Of a stretch of DNA of 64,000 nucleotides, positions 9,472 through 18,340 are shown in pieces. The stretch is from Thermoanaerobaculia bacterium (GTDB taxonomy: Bacteria > Acidobacteriota > Thermoanaerobaculia > UBA5066): the NCBI GenBank assembly GCA_038245905.1, contig JBBRRY010000012.1, forward strand, positions 1 to 64,000, read 5' to 3'. Numbering within the stretch: position 1 is the stretch's first letter; each line of letters begins with the position of its first letter. The notes beneath the pieces were generated by a model. It was given only the letters and a program-made list of their open reading frames with translations. It had not been told where the DNA came from and ran no database searches. Position numbers and translations under genes: made by a program.

Positions 9472-12030
9472 TTGATCCCGCTCCTTTTCGTCTTCTCGTT
9501 CGTTGCCGGCGTCTCTTCGTTGATTTGTGAAACGGTGTGGATCCACCGGTTCAGTTTCGTCTTCGGTTCGACGGCTCCGGCGGCGAGCGTGGTCGTGGCC
9601 GTGTTCCTCGGCGGGCTGGCTATCGGGAGCTGGGTCTTCGGAAACGTATCCGCGCGGACTTCGAATTCTCTCCGGACCTTTTCCGTCTTGCAGCTCGCGA
9701 TCGGCGTTTACGTTTTTCTGTTCCCGTCCCTCCTTCGAGGAGGAGATCTTCTCTACGCAGGCGTCTATCCGCGGATCGCCCAGAGCGTTGCCCTCACGGC
9801 GGCCGTGCGAATCGCGATGGCGTTTCTCATATTGATCCTGCCGACGATCCTCATGGGCGGAACACTGCCGCTTCTTCTCCAGGCCGGAGTGGGCCGCTCC
9901 GAAACGATCGCGCCGCGGGCCGGGCTCCTCAACGCCTTCAACACGGCGGGCGCGGCGGTGGGCGGATTCCTTTGCGGATATCTGCTTCTCGAACAGCTCG
10001 GCGTGCAAAGCGCCGGGTTCGCCGCGGGCGTTCTCAGTCTCGCGGCCGGCAGCGCCGCGTGGTTCTTCTCGTCGGGGCCGCCAACCGGTGGTGGGGCGCA
10101 CGCGGACGCGCCGGAAGAGGCGGGGCAAGGCGTAGCGGTCTTCTCGCCATCCGTCATTCGCTGGGCCATCGCGTGCTTTGTGGTCTCAGGGTTCGCGGGC
10201 ATCGCGTACGAGATGCTGCTTCTCCGATATCTCGTTCTGTATTTCCGGGACACGATCACGCTCTACACCGGCGTCGTCTCGGCGTTCATCCTGTGGCTCG
10301 GCGTCGGAAGCGCGGTGGCGGGGGCGCTCCTGAAACGGATCCGGTGGCCCGTTCTCGCGCTGGGGCTCACGCAGATCGCAATCGGCGTGTTCTCGTTCCT
10401 CGCGTTCACCCTGCCGGCGCCGTGGCATCGAGAGCTCGTCGTCGCCGGCCGCTCGAGCCCCGCGGCGGTTACCGTGCTCGTGCTCCTGCTGCTGGCGGTT
10501 CCGGTGACGTTCATGGGCGCCGTGTTCCCCCTCGTCGCGAGGATCGTCGCGAGAGATGGTCGATTCGCCGGGAAACGGATCGGGACGGTTTACGCGCTCA
10601 ACACGGCCGGTGCGATCGCGGGGTCCCTGGCGACGGTGTTTCTTCTCGTGCCGATGCTGGGCATGCAGGCCGCGATTCTCGTTTGCGTCCTGTTGAACGT
10701 CTTGACGGGAGCCGCCGTCGTCTTCGTGGACGGCGCATATCCGCGACGGAGGCTCGCGTTGGGCGCCTGCACTCTCGCGATCCTGCTTCCGTTCGTCGTC
10801 ATGGCCGCGGGGCGCGTGTCGATTCCCCTGACGATTCTTCGGAGCCTGCTGCTTCCGGGCGACGAGATTCTCGAGGTCCGGGAAGGAGTGGCGGGCACGA
10901 CCTTCGTCGCGAAGGCGGTGAAGGGCGGCTATGAGCTCTGGTCGGAGTCCGTCGCGATCAGCACGACCCGCAACGGTTCGTTTTACGGCCCGGGCTTCGT
11001 GCCGGTCCTGCTTTCCCCGAGGATTCCCGAGAGCGTCTTGAGCCTCGCATTCGGCGGCGGATTGTCGAGCTACGGGATCCGGATGTTCCCGGAGGTGAAG
11101 CGGCTGGACTGCGTCGACCTGTCCGCCGACAACATGGACCTCGCGCTGAGGCACTTCCCGGAAAACGCCGGGTTTCGGGATGACGCGAGGGCCCGCTTCA
11201 TCGTCGACGACGCCCGGAACTTCCTCCGGCATACCGCCGCGACCTACGACGTGATCCTGGTCGAGGCGACGCCGCCGATGCTCAGCTTTCGGAACGCTTT
11301 TCTCTTCACGAAGGAGTTCTACGAATCTGCCGCTCGAAGGCTGAACCGCGGCGGATTCTTCGTCCAGGTCTTGCCGCTCTCCCAGCTATCGCCCGCGGAG
11401 ACGCGCGGGGTCATGAGGACCTTCGCCGACGTATTTCCCGGGCGCGCGATGTGGTTCATCGGCGGGCCGGACGTCGTCATGATCGGAAGCAACGCGCCCC
11501 TCGTCCTGAACTACGAGGAGACGGCCCGGCGGCTCGCCCGTCCGGAGGTCAACCGCGTACTCAAGGAGCGATTCTCGATCGCGCAATTGCAGGCGGTCGG
11601 AAACCTCTTTTCGGGATACCTCCTGGACTCGAAAGCCTGGGATCGAGTAGCCGAAGGCGGGACGGTCTTCACCGAGGACCGGCTTGGGCTCATGTTCTCG
11701 TCGGGGAGAGACGTCAGCACCGACAACGTGCGGCGGATTCACGAGCGGCTGGCGCCGTGGAGCGACATTCTCGGCCGGGTCGCGGATCCCGAAGCCGTCG
11801 ATCGCATCTACGGACCGGGGGGCTTCGAACGCAACCTCGAGGACCGCCGGCAGTTTTTCGTCGCGAACATGTACGGGCCGAACGCTTTCTATCCGGCAAT
11901 GCTGGATTACATCGAACACCACGCTCTCGACAAGGCGGGGGAACGCCAGCGGTTGTACGAGGTTCTCCGGTCCAGGGGCCGCGGTGCAGAGGCAGAGGAT
12001 CTTGCCGGACGAATGAGGCGATCCCAATAA
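9472..12030 (+). CDS. Fused MFS-like membrane domain / spermidine synthase-like (SAM-dependent) protein
   Basis: About 13 TM helices with repeated PT.LMG.T.P / FMGAVFP and YALNT.GA motifs. Soluble domain with DDARNFL, YDVI and LFTKEFY. Confidence 0.85.
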   Translation: MIPLLFVFSFVAGVSSLICETVWIHRFSFVFGSTAPAASVVVAVFLGGLAIGSWVFGNVSARTSNSLRTFSVLQLAIGVYVFLFPSLLRGGDLLYAGVYPRIAQSVALTAAVRIAMAFLILILPTILMGGTLPLLLQAGVGRSETIAPRAGLLNAFNTAGAAVGGFLCGYLLLEQLGVQSAGFAAGVLSLAAGSAAWFFSSGPPTGGGAHADAPEEAGQGVAVFSPSVIRWAIACFVVSGFAGIAYEMLLLRYLVLYFRDTITLYTGVVSAFILWLGVGSAVAGALLKRIRWPVLALGLTQIAIGVFSFLAFTLPAPWHRELVVAGRSSPAAVTVLVLLLLAVPVTFMGAVFPLVARIVARDGRFAGKRIGTVYALNTAGAIAGSLATVFLLVPMLGMQAAILVCVLLNVLTGAAVVFVDGAYPRRRLALGACTLAILLPFVVMAAGRVSIPLTILRSLLLPGDEILEVREGVAGTTFVAKAVKGGYELWSESVAISTTRNGSFYGPGFVPVLLSPRIPESVLSLAFGGGLSSYGIRMFPEVKRLDCVDLSADNMDLALRHFPENAGFRDDARARFIVDDARNFLRHTAATYDVILVEATPPMLSFRNAFLFTKEFYESAARRLNRGGFFVQVLPLSQLSPAETRGVMRTFADVFPGRAMWFIGGPDVVMIGSNAPLVLNYEETARRLARPEVNRVLKERFSIAQLQAVGNLFSGYLLDSKAWDRVAEGGTVFTEDRLGLMFSSGRDVSTDNVRRIHERLAPWSDILGRVADPEAVDRIYGPGGFERNLEDRRQFFVANMYGPNAFYPAMLDYIEHHALDKAGERQRLYEVLRSRGRGAEAEDLAGRMRRSQ

Positions 12031-12035
12031 GGGAA

Positions 12036-12078
12036 GTGGAGGTGACCGCCGCGGCGGTCCGCGTCACGTCACCTCCAC
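12036..12078. terminator. Inverted repeat between convergent genes (probable terminator hairpin)
   Basis: GTGGAGGTGAC (12036-12046) pairs perfectly with GTCACCTCCAC (12068-12078). A nested perfect palindrome GACCGCCGCGGCGGTC lies at 12044-12059. No clear U-tract. Confidence 0.55.
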
Positions 12079-12129
12079 CTAGAAGCCGCTGTTTCCTTGG
12101 CCGATCAGAGAGTCACGGGCGATTCGGCC

Positions 12130-15100
12130 TCATCCGCCGGAGTGCGAGCGCGAGACGTGGCGCTTGATGTTCTGCTGTTTCGGGCTGGGTCCGGGCGGCA
12201 CGACCGTGATGGTCACGGCCGAGGACGTCCGGGCGTTCGACTCGGCGTCATAGACCTTGGAGACGATCGTGTGCGTACCCGCCGAGGCGCTCGCCGCGTT
12301 CCACGAGTAGCTCAGGCCTGCGGAGTCGGCCGATGCGGCCAGCGCTCCGTCGATGTAGAGCTCGGTCCGGACGACCGCCTCGTCGCCTGAAGCGGTGGCC
12401 CTGATTCGCGTGGTCGCCGAGACCGTCGCGCCATTGGCCGGAGAGGCGATCGACGTGCTGGACGTAACCGAAGAACCGCCCGTGCCGGTCACCTTGATGA
12501 CCTCGAAACCAAAGTCGTTCACGGAACCGTCGGAAGTCAGGCGGATCCTGACGGTGTCGCCGGGGATCGTCTTGGTGGCGCCCGTGAGCGTGGTCCCCGT
12601 GAACGGCGAGCCGCTGATGTTGATCCCGTTCTTGTCCGTCACGTAGATGTAGTCGTAGCCCGACTCGACCCTCGCGAGTCCGAAGGTGACGTCGATGGAC
12701 GAAGGGTTCCCCGGCTTCGTGAAGGTCCACGTGTAGTCGGTGTACTGCGCATACGGGTGGGCGGACCCCGGATAGGCCACGAGAGAGGCCGTCGCGGTGG
12801 CCTTCGCCCCGATGGCATCGGTCACGGACAAGGCCACGCTGTAAATGCCGCTATTGCCGAACGCCGTCCCATAGTCGTGCGTCACGGGTGCGCCCGTTCC
12901 CGTCTTCCCGTCGCCGAAGTCCCAGGCGAACGTGCAAGGCTGGTTCGGACAGAGGAAGTTCGCGACGTCGAACGTGAAGCGGTTGGCGGCGCTCCGCGTG
13001 TAGGCAATCTCGGCGGTGAGGAGGCTTCCGCTGTGCATGACCTTCGCTGCGGCCGCAAGCTGCTGGCGCGTGAAGTAGGGCGCCTCGGGATCGTGGCCAT
13101 TCCCCGCCACGGTGACCGTCGTGTTCGTGACGGAGGTGACGGCCGGATACGTCAGGTAGACGTTCCCCGAAACGGAGGGGTCCGCGTCCTTGACGACCTT
13201 GGCGATCACGGTCTTGAAGGGTCCTCCGGCCCAGCCCGCTCCGTCGATCTCGACTTCCTTGCCGGAGGCGAAGCCGAAGACGTTCGCGACGGTCACGGGG
13301 TTGATGAAGCCGCCCGATCCGCCCGCCACGATGGAGCCACTCGTCTTGACGTGCGTGGGCGAGACGCCTCCGCCATGGCACTGCCCGCACGCGCTGTCGA
13401 GGTCGACCCACACGGCGTTCGTGAAGGCGCCGTCGGGAGCCGTGCGCGAGAGGTTGACGAGAGCCGGCGCGTTGGAGGATCCCGTGCTCTGGGCCTGGGC
13501 GCCGTTCACCGGGAAGGCGTATGTGTAGTCGCCGTAGGTCGTGTAGCCCGGGTCGGTGTTGATCCGCCAGAGGTGCTTGACCCCCGGGGGCTGGTGGCAG
13601 GTGATGCAGGCGCTGGAGGCGTCGAGGGCGGCGTTCGCGAGCGGCGTCCCCGGACCGCCGATGTGGCGGATCGATGCCACGGACACCTGCGGGCTGACCC
13701 TCGCCGTGGAGCTCGAATGGCAGGAGGTGCATTCGGTCTTGACACTTCCGCCCATGCCGGCCGTGTTTTCGGACAGCGGCTGGTGCGAGTCGTGGCACGT
13801 GGCGCAGCTGCCCGCGGCAGAGTCGGAGATGCCGCTCAGGTCGACCTTCGCCGCACGTGCGAACGTGCTCGCGTAGGCCGAAGGAGTCAGGCCGTCGAGG
13901 TTCATCGTGCCCGGCGTGCAGCCGGCCGCCGGCGGCGCGCCGGGCTTGCCCGGGTCGACGCCGGGGTAGCCGGAGATCGCATACGGCGGGCAGCCCATGT
14001 CCTTCCAGTTGCCCGTGAACTTCGCGTGCGGGCTGTTCACGAACTCGGGTCCGTCCGGGTGATGCGCGAACCCGTCGGGCTGCTGCTGCTTGTTCGTGTA
14101 CGGGAGGACGAAGCCGTTGTTGCCGGCGAAGCCGTTGCCGCCCTGAACGGCGCGGGGCGCGGTGTCGCTCTCCTGCTTGTGGCACGTCATGCACATGGCC
14201 ACGATGTCGCCACCCTTGAGGGACGAGAGCGTCGTGTTCCCGTGGTTGCCGTCCACGGCCCCCGTGTGGCAGCGCGAGCACTGGATCCCCCACTGGTCCC
14301 ACGACGAAACGGAGTACGAATGGCTGAACGCGACCTTGGCGCTGCTCGTATAGGAGTGATTGCTCGCCGAGCAGTCGACGGCGACCGCGTTCACTTTGAA
14401 CGTGGAGCCGTACGAGTCAGCCGCCATCGTGGCGGTCGCCGTGCAGCCGGCGCCCGTCGTGTCCGAAAGGGTCACGGTGGCCGGGGTGCTCGTGGGGTAC
14501 GAGGCCCCCTTGGCCGTCAGGACGACGCTCGTGACGTCACAATCCGTCCCCGGCGTGCACGGGGACTTGACCACCGGGTACCCCGATGCGCCAAAGCTGG
14601 GCCCGAGGAGCTTCGACGTGGCGCCGAGCGTCGTCACGCTGGCGAGATTGGCGGCCGGGAAGTCGCTGTAAGGGCGCTTGGTCTGGCCCGTGATCGCGCC
14701 GTCCGTGGCCGTGTTCGCGGTCCAGCCGGTCGTGTGGCAGCGGCCGCACTTGTACTGCTGGCTGCCGCGCTGGATCATCGCCGGCCCGCCCTCGAGACCG
14801 GCACCACCGTAAATCCAGTAGAGGGGCTGGGTGTTGAGCGTGGTCCACGTGTACGGCTTTCCGGTGCGCGTCGCGGCCGCGGCGCACGCCGCCGCGTCCG
14901 GGTAGTTCAGCGGGTAGCCGGCGTTCCCGTTCCCCATGTCCGGCGTCTCGCAGCCGGGGCACGCCACGAGATCCGGGGCGTCGTCGGAGCCGATGTCTCC
15001 GGCGGCGCTCTTGGCGCAGTAACCGCCCGTAATCGAGCTGAGGGAAGCTCCGGAAGCGGTCGTCCAGTTCGCGAACGGCCGGACGTACTCTTCCTGGATC

Positions 15101-15504
15101 CAGAGGTTTGTGAAGAAGCCGTTCGCGTCGAGGGAGGCGTTCGAGAGCTCCGGCGACGCCAGGTGCGCCGCGTCGACCCCCGGCATGCCCCAGGGCTTCC
15201 CGTCCGCCTGCCGCGACATGTTCTTGTGGCCGCCGAGGAGGTACTTCGACGCGTCCGCGGCGCCGGCAGGGCCGCCCGGCTGGTGGCACCGCAGGCAGTT
15301 GTTGTAGTTGCCCGTCGATGGGCTGATGGCCGGCAGCGCCCACCCGCTCGGCTTCGTCGGATCGTGGGAGGCCCCGTCCGAGTTGAACGTCTGCGCGTTG
15401 GCCGGCACGACCAGGGACAGGAGCGCCAGCGCGACCACGGCCACGAGGCCTCGCGCGGACCACGTCTGGAAGCGATGCCTCGTTGTTCTCTTCGTCATGA
15501 CCAT
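12130..15504 (-). CDS. Large secreted multiheme c-type cytochrome (8 CxxCH) with C-terminal PKD, CUB-like and Ig-like domains
   Basis: GGAGG RBS and signal peptide (..PANA). Heme motifs CLRCH, CGRCH, CSRCH, CMTCH, CATCH, CTSCH, CITCH, CGQCH. PKD WDFGDG; CUB-like ESGYDYIYV..TSDGSV..FGF; Ig-like IASPANGATVS..LYIDG..GTHTI. Confidence 0.88.
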   Translation of the reverse strand: MVMTKRTTRHRFQTWSARGLVAVVALALLSLVVPANAQTFNSDGASHDPTKPSGWALPAISPSTGNYNNCLRCHQPGGPAGAADASKYLLGGHKNMSRQADGKPWGMPGVDAAHLASPELSNASLDANGFFTNLWIQEEYVRPFANWTTASGASLSSITGGYCAKSAAGDIGSDDAPDLVACPGCETPDMGNGNAGYPLNYPDAAACAAAATRTGKPYTWTTLNTQPLYWIYGGAGLEGGPAMIQRGSQQYKCGRCHTTGWTANTATDGAITGQTKRPYSDFPAANLASVTTLGATSKLLGPSFGASGYPVVKSPCTPGTDCDVTSVVLTAKGASYPTSTPATVTLSDTTGAGCTATATMAADSYGSTFKVNAVAVDCSASNHSYTSSAKVAFSHSYSVSSWDQWGIQCSRCHTGAVDGNHGNTTLSSLKGGDIVAMCMTCHKQESDTAPRAVQGGNGFAGNNGFVLPYTNKQQQPDGFAHHPDGPEFVNSPHAKFTGNWKDMGCPPYAISGYPGVDPGKPGAPPAAGCTPGTMNLDGLTPSAYASTFARAAKVDLSGISDSAAGSCATCHDSHQPLSENTAGMGGSVKTECTSCHSSSTARVSPQVSVASIRHIGGPGTPLANAALDASSACITCHQPPGVKHLWRINTDPGYTTYGDYTYAFPVNGAQAQSTGSSNAPALVNLSRTAPDGAFTNAVWVDLDSACGQCHGGGVSPTHVKTSGSIVAGGSGGFINPVTVANVFGFASGKEVEIDGAGWAGGPFKTVIAKVVKDADPSVSGNVYLTYPAVTSVTNTTVTVAGNGHDPEAPYFTRQQLAAAAKVMHSGSLLTAEIAYTRSAANRFTFDVANFLCPNQPCTFAWDFGDGKTGTGAPVTHDYGTAFGNSGIYSVALSVTDAIGAKATATASLVAYPGSAHPYAQYTDYTWTFTKPGNPSSIDVTFGLARVESGYDYIYVTDKNGINISGSPFTGTTLTGATKTIPGDTVRIRLTSDGSVNDFGFEVIKVTGTGGSSVTSSTSIASPANGATVSATTRIRATASGDEAVVRTELYIDGALAASADSAGLSYSWNAASASAGTHTIVSKVYDAESNARTSSAVTITVVPPGPSPKQQNIKRHVSRSHSGG

Positions 15505-15566
15505 GCCTCCCTGTTTCTGAGCTGTGTTTCTCTGGGGGAAGGCTAGCCTTCTCCCGGCAGTCCGGA

Positions 15567-15594
15567 GGTGACGAGAACCTGAACTCTTCTTAAG
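15567..15594 (-). promoter_or_regulatory. Candidate OmpR-family tandem direct-repeat operator
   Basis: Minus strand reads CTTAAG-aagag-TTCAGG-ttctc-GTCACC, i.e. hexamers at an 11-bp period, between the cytochrome and the divergent response regulator. Confidence 0.4.
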
Positions 15595-15643
15595 GTGCGC
15601 CGCTTCCCGCCACTCGGCGGGCCGGTGTCCCTAGAATCCGGTC

Positions 15644-16372
15644 ATGCGAACTGCCGGGACGAGCGGAGCGGCCGACTCTCCCCCCATGCCGACCCTCCTC
15701 GTCGTCGAGGACGAGCCCAGGGTCTCCTGTGCTCTCCGTGAGGGCCTCAGCGCGGAGGGCTTCAGCGTGACGGTTGCCGACACGGGAGAGGACGGGTTTT
15801 TTCTAGCGTCCACGCGGCCTTTCGACGTCATCGTCCTCGATCGGATGCTGCCGGGACGGGACGGCCTCGAGATCCTGAAGGGCCTGCGCCAGGGCGGCCT
15901 TCTGACTCCGGTCCTCATGCTCACGGCCCGGGACGCGGTCGAGGATCGCGTCGGCGGCCTCGACGCCGGAGCGGACGACTACGTCGTCAAGCCGTTTGCC
16001 TTCTCCGAGCTCCTCGCGCGCGTGAGAGCCCTCCTCCGCCGGGGGCGAGGCGACCAGCTCCTGCGTCTTTCGGTTGCCGACCTCGTTCTCGACGTCCCGT
16101 CGCGGGCCGTCTCACGGGGCGGCGTGCCCATCGAGGTGACGACGCGGGAATATGAGCTCCTCGAGTACCTCGTCCGGCACGGCGGGACGCTGGTCTCCCG
16201 CGAGATGCTCGCGCGGGACGTCTGGGGCGAGACGAACCGGAGCACGCCCCTCGACAACGTGATCGACGTGCACATGGCGCGCCTCCGAAAGAAAGTCGAC
16301 CTCGGTCACGACGTGAATCTGATCCAGACGATCCGTGGGGTTGGCTTCGTGCTCCGGGACGGAGAGGCTTGA
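15644..16372 (+). CDS. OmpR-family response regulator (CusR/CopR-like)
   Basis: VVEDE, DVIVLDRMLPGRDG, LMLTARD, GLDAGADDYVVKPF, NVIDVHMARLRKKVD, IQTIRGVGF. Alternative start at 15686. Confidence 0.95.
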   Translation: MRTAGTSGAADSPPMPTLLVVEDEPRVSCALREGLSAEGFSVTVADTGEDGFFLASTRPFDVIVLDRMLPGRDGLEILKGLRQGGLLTPVLMLTARDAVEDRVGGLDAGADDYVVKPFAFSELLARVRALLRRGRGDQLLRLSVADLVLDVPSRAVSRGGVPIEVTTREYELLEYLVRHGGTLVSREMLARDVWGETNRSTPLDNVIDVHMARLRKKVDLGHDVNLIQTIRGVGFVLRDGEA

Positions 16373-16400
16373 TCCGTCCGTTCGGTTCGAGTATCGGGCT

Positions 16401-17780
16401 GTGATCGGCCTTCGAAGCCTGCGGACCCGGATCACGATCTGGGGCGGCCTGATCGTCGCGCTCTGTCTCGCTGCGTACTCGTTCGCGATCGGGCACTCTT
16501 ACGCCGCTCACGTCAACGCCGAGCTGGACCGGAGCGTGCACGAGGATCTCGAGCTGGCGGAGCGTTCGATCCACGTCGACGGCGCCGGGCTGCCAACCTG
16601 GCCCAACAGCTCCTTCTGGAGAGAGGTCAAGGAAGAAGAAGGAGGAGGGCACGCGATCGAGGTCTGGAGCGAGGAGGGAAAGCGGCTCCTGACGGTCGGG
16701 ACGATCGATCCCGTGGAACTGGGGGCCCCCGACCAGACTGCGCTCGGACGCGCCCGAACCGTCGACCTGCCGACCGGACCGTTTCGCGTCCTCGGCGAGC
16801 GCGTAAAACTCTCGGGGTCTTCCTTCGTCGTGCGCGCCGCGGTCTCGGAGGTCGCCGCGCGACGAGAGGTCACGTCGCTCTGGCGCGAGGTGGCGGCGCT
16901 CTCTCTCGCGGTGTTCGCTCTCGGAGGCCTCGGCGGGTTCTTTCTCGTGCGGCGATCCCTCGGTCCGCTCGCCCGAATGGCCCAGCACGCGCGCCGGATC
17001 ACCGCCGAACGCCTCGACGAACGTCTCTCGCCGGAAGACGCGGGCCTGGAGCTGAACCAGATGCGCGACGCGTTCAACGAGACGCTCGCCCGGCTCGAAC
17101 GCTCGTTCGGCGAGCTTCGGACCTTCACGGCGAACGCGTCGCACGAGCTTCGAACGCCGCTCACCGTGGTGCGCAGCGTCGGAGAGGTCGGGCTCAGCCA
17201 GCCCCGGTCCCCGGAGGAGTACCGCGAGGCGATCGGGACGATGCTCGAAGAGGCGGACAAGCTGTCGCGGCTCCTGAACGGCCTCCTGGCCCTGGCCCGC
17301 GCGGATGCGGGCGGGGTGAAGCTGCGGATGGAGCGCGTCGATCTCTCCGCTCTCGCGTCCGAGGTCGTGGAGGATCTCGCCGTGCTCGCGGAGGAGCGGG
17401 AGCAGGGCCTCGAGGCGCACGCGAACGGGTCCGTCGCCGTCACCGGAGATCGCGTGGCTCTGCGTCAGGCGCTGAGGAATCTCGTGGACAACGCAATCCG
17501 ATACGCGCCGGTCAGGACCCGGATTCAGGTCCGCGTCGAGAAACAGGAGCGGGGCGCGGTAGTCGAGGTCCGCGACGAGGGGCCGGGAATCCCGCTCGAA
17601 CATCGCGACCGGATCTTCGAGCGGTTCTTCCGCGGGGACGGGGGCAGGTCCCGGCAGACCGAGGGCGTGGGCCTGGGCCTCTCGATCGTGAAGGCCATTG
17701 CCGAGGCGCACGAGGGCCGGATCGAGCTGGACTCTCAGGAGGGCGTCGGAAGCACGTTCCGTCTGATCATCCCGTCGTAA
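16401..17780 (+). CDS. Sensor histidine kinase (CusS-like; 2 TM, HAMP, HisKA, HATPase)
   Basis: H-box ASHELRTPL, N-box NLVDNAIRY, DEGPGIP, IFERFFR, GLGLSIV. Start approximate. Confidence 0.93.
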   Translation: MIGLRSLRTRITIWGGLIVALCLAAYSFAIGHSYAAHVNAELDRSVHEDLELAERSIHVDGAGLPTWPNSSFWREVKEEEGGGHAIEVWSEEGKRLLTVGTIDPVELGAPDQTALGRARTVDLPTGPFRVLGERVKLSGSSFVVRAAVSEVAARREVTSLWREVAALSLAVFALGGLGGFFLVRRSLGPLARMAQHARRITAERLDERLSPEDAGLELNQMRDAFNETLARLERSFGELRTFTANASHELRTPLTVVRSVGEVGLSQPRSPEEYREAIGTMLEEADKLSRLLNGLLALARADAGGVKLRMERVDLSALASEVVEDLAVLAEEREQGLEAHANGSVAVTGDRVALRQALRNLVDNAIRYAPVRTRIQVRVEKQERGAVVEVRDEGPGIPLEHRDRIFERFFRGDGGRSRQTEGVGLGLSIVKAIAEAHEGRIELDSQEGVGSTFRLIIPS

Positions 17781-17856
17781 GCGCCGTAAACATCCTCTCC
17801 GTACGTGCGTCTCATCACTGTCGGCGGACGGAAAGCCCGCCGGAAGGACGGACGAC

Positions 17857-18339
17857 ATGAACCACAACTCCACGCGACACAAGCTCTTCGGCGGTGCAGC
17901 CCTGATTCTTGCGGGCGCTCTCGCGGCCAGCGCGGCCCTCGCGCAGGCTGGACCCGGCGGGCCAGGCCGGCCCGGAAAGTTCGCCCACGCGATCCGTGCG
18001 GCGATGGCGACGCTCGACCTGACCGACGCCCAGAAGGAGCAGGTCAAGGCGATCTTCGCGTCTCACAAGGAAGACGGAATGGCGTTCCGCGAGCAGGCCA
18101 AGGCCGACCGCGAGGCCCTCAAGGTCGCCGCGTCGGCCGCGAAGCCGGATCCCGCCACCGTTGGCGCCGCCTTCCTCAAGGTGAGGGCTGACGGAGAGGC
18201 CGTGAAGGCGAAGATGAAGGCGGTTCACGCCGAGATCAACGCCGTCCTCACGCCGGAGCAGCGGGCGAAGCTCGACGGCTGGATCGCGGCGCACCGCCAG
18301 CAGCGCGGGAACTTCCGCGGCGGACCGCCCGCGAGCTGA
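17857..18339 (+). CDS. Spy/CpxP-family periplasmic protein
   Basis: Signal peptide and two LTxxQ motifs (LDLTDAQKEQ, VLTPEQRAKL). Confidence 0.85.
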   Translation: MNHNSTRHKLFGGAALILAGALAASAALAQAGPGGPGRPGKFAHAIRAAMATLDLTDAQKEQVKAIFASHKEDGMAFREQAKADREALKVAASAAKPDPATVGAAFLKVRADGEAVKAKMKAVHAEINAVLTPEQRAKLDGWIAAHRQQRGNFRGGPPAS

Positions 18340-18340
18340 G

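Noticed and set aside
12130-15504. Calling the octaheme protein OmcZ or OmcS
   Set aside because: Heme spacing, length and motifs do not match what I recall of those proteins; only a loose architectural analogy holds.
12757-15546. Long antisense ORFs (also 58675..61014, 29559..31826, 15987..18047 and others)
   Set aside because: Shadow ORFs opposite well-supported genes, with no motifs; they reflect GC3 codon bias.
17777-17790. CpxR-like GTAAG-N4-GTAAA upstream of the Spy-like gene
   Set aside because: The 9-bp period is off consensus and the first half is the kinase stop codon, so it could be chance.
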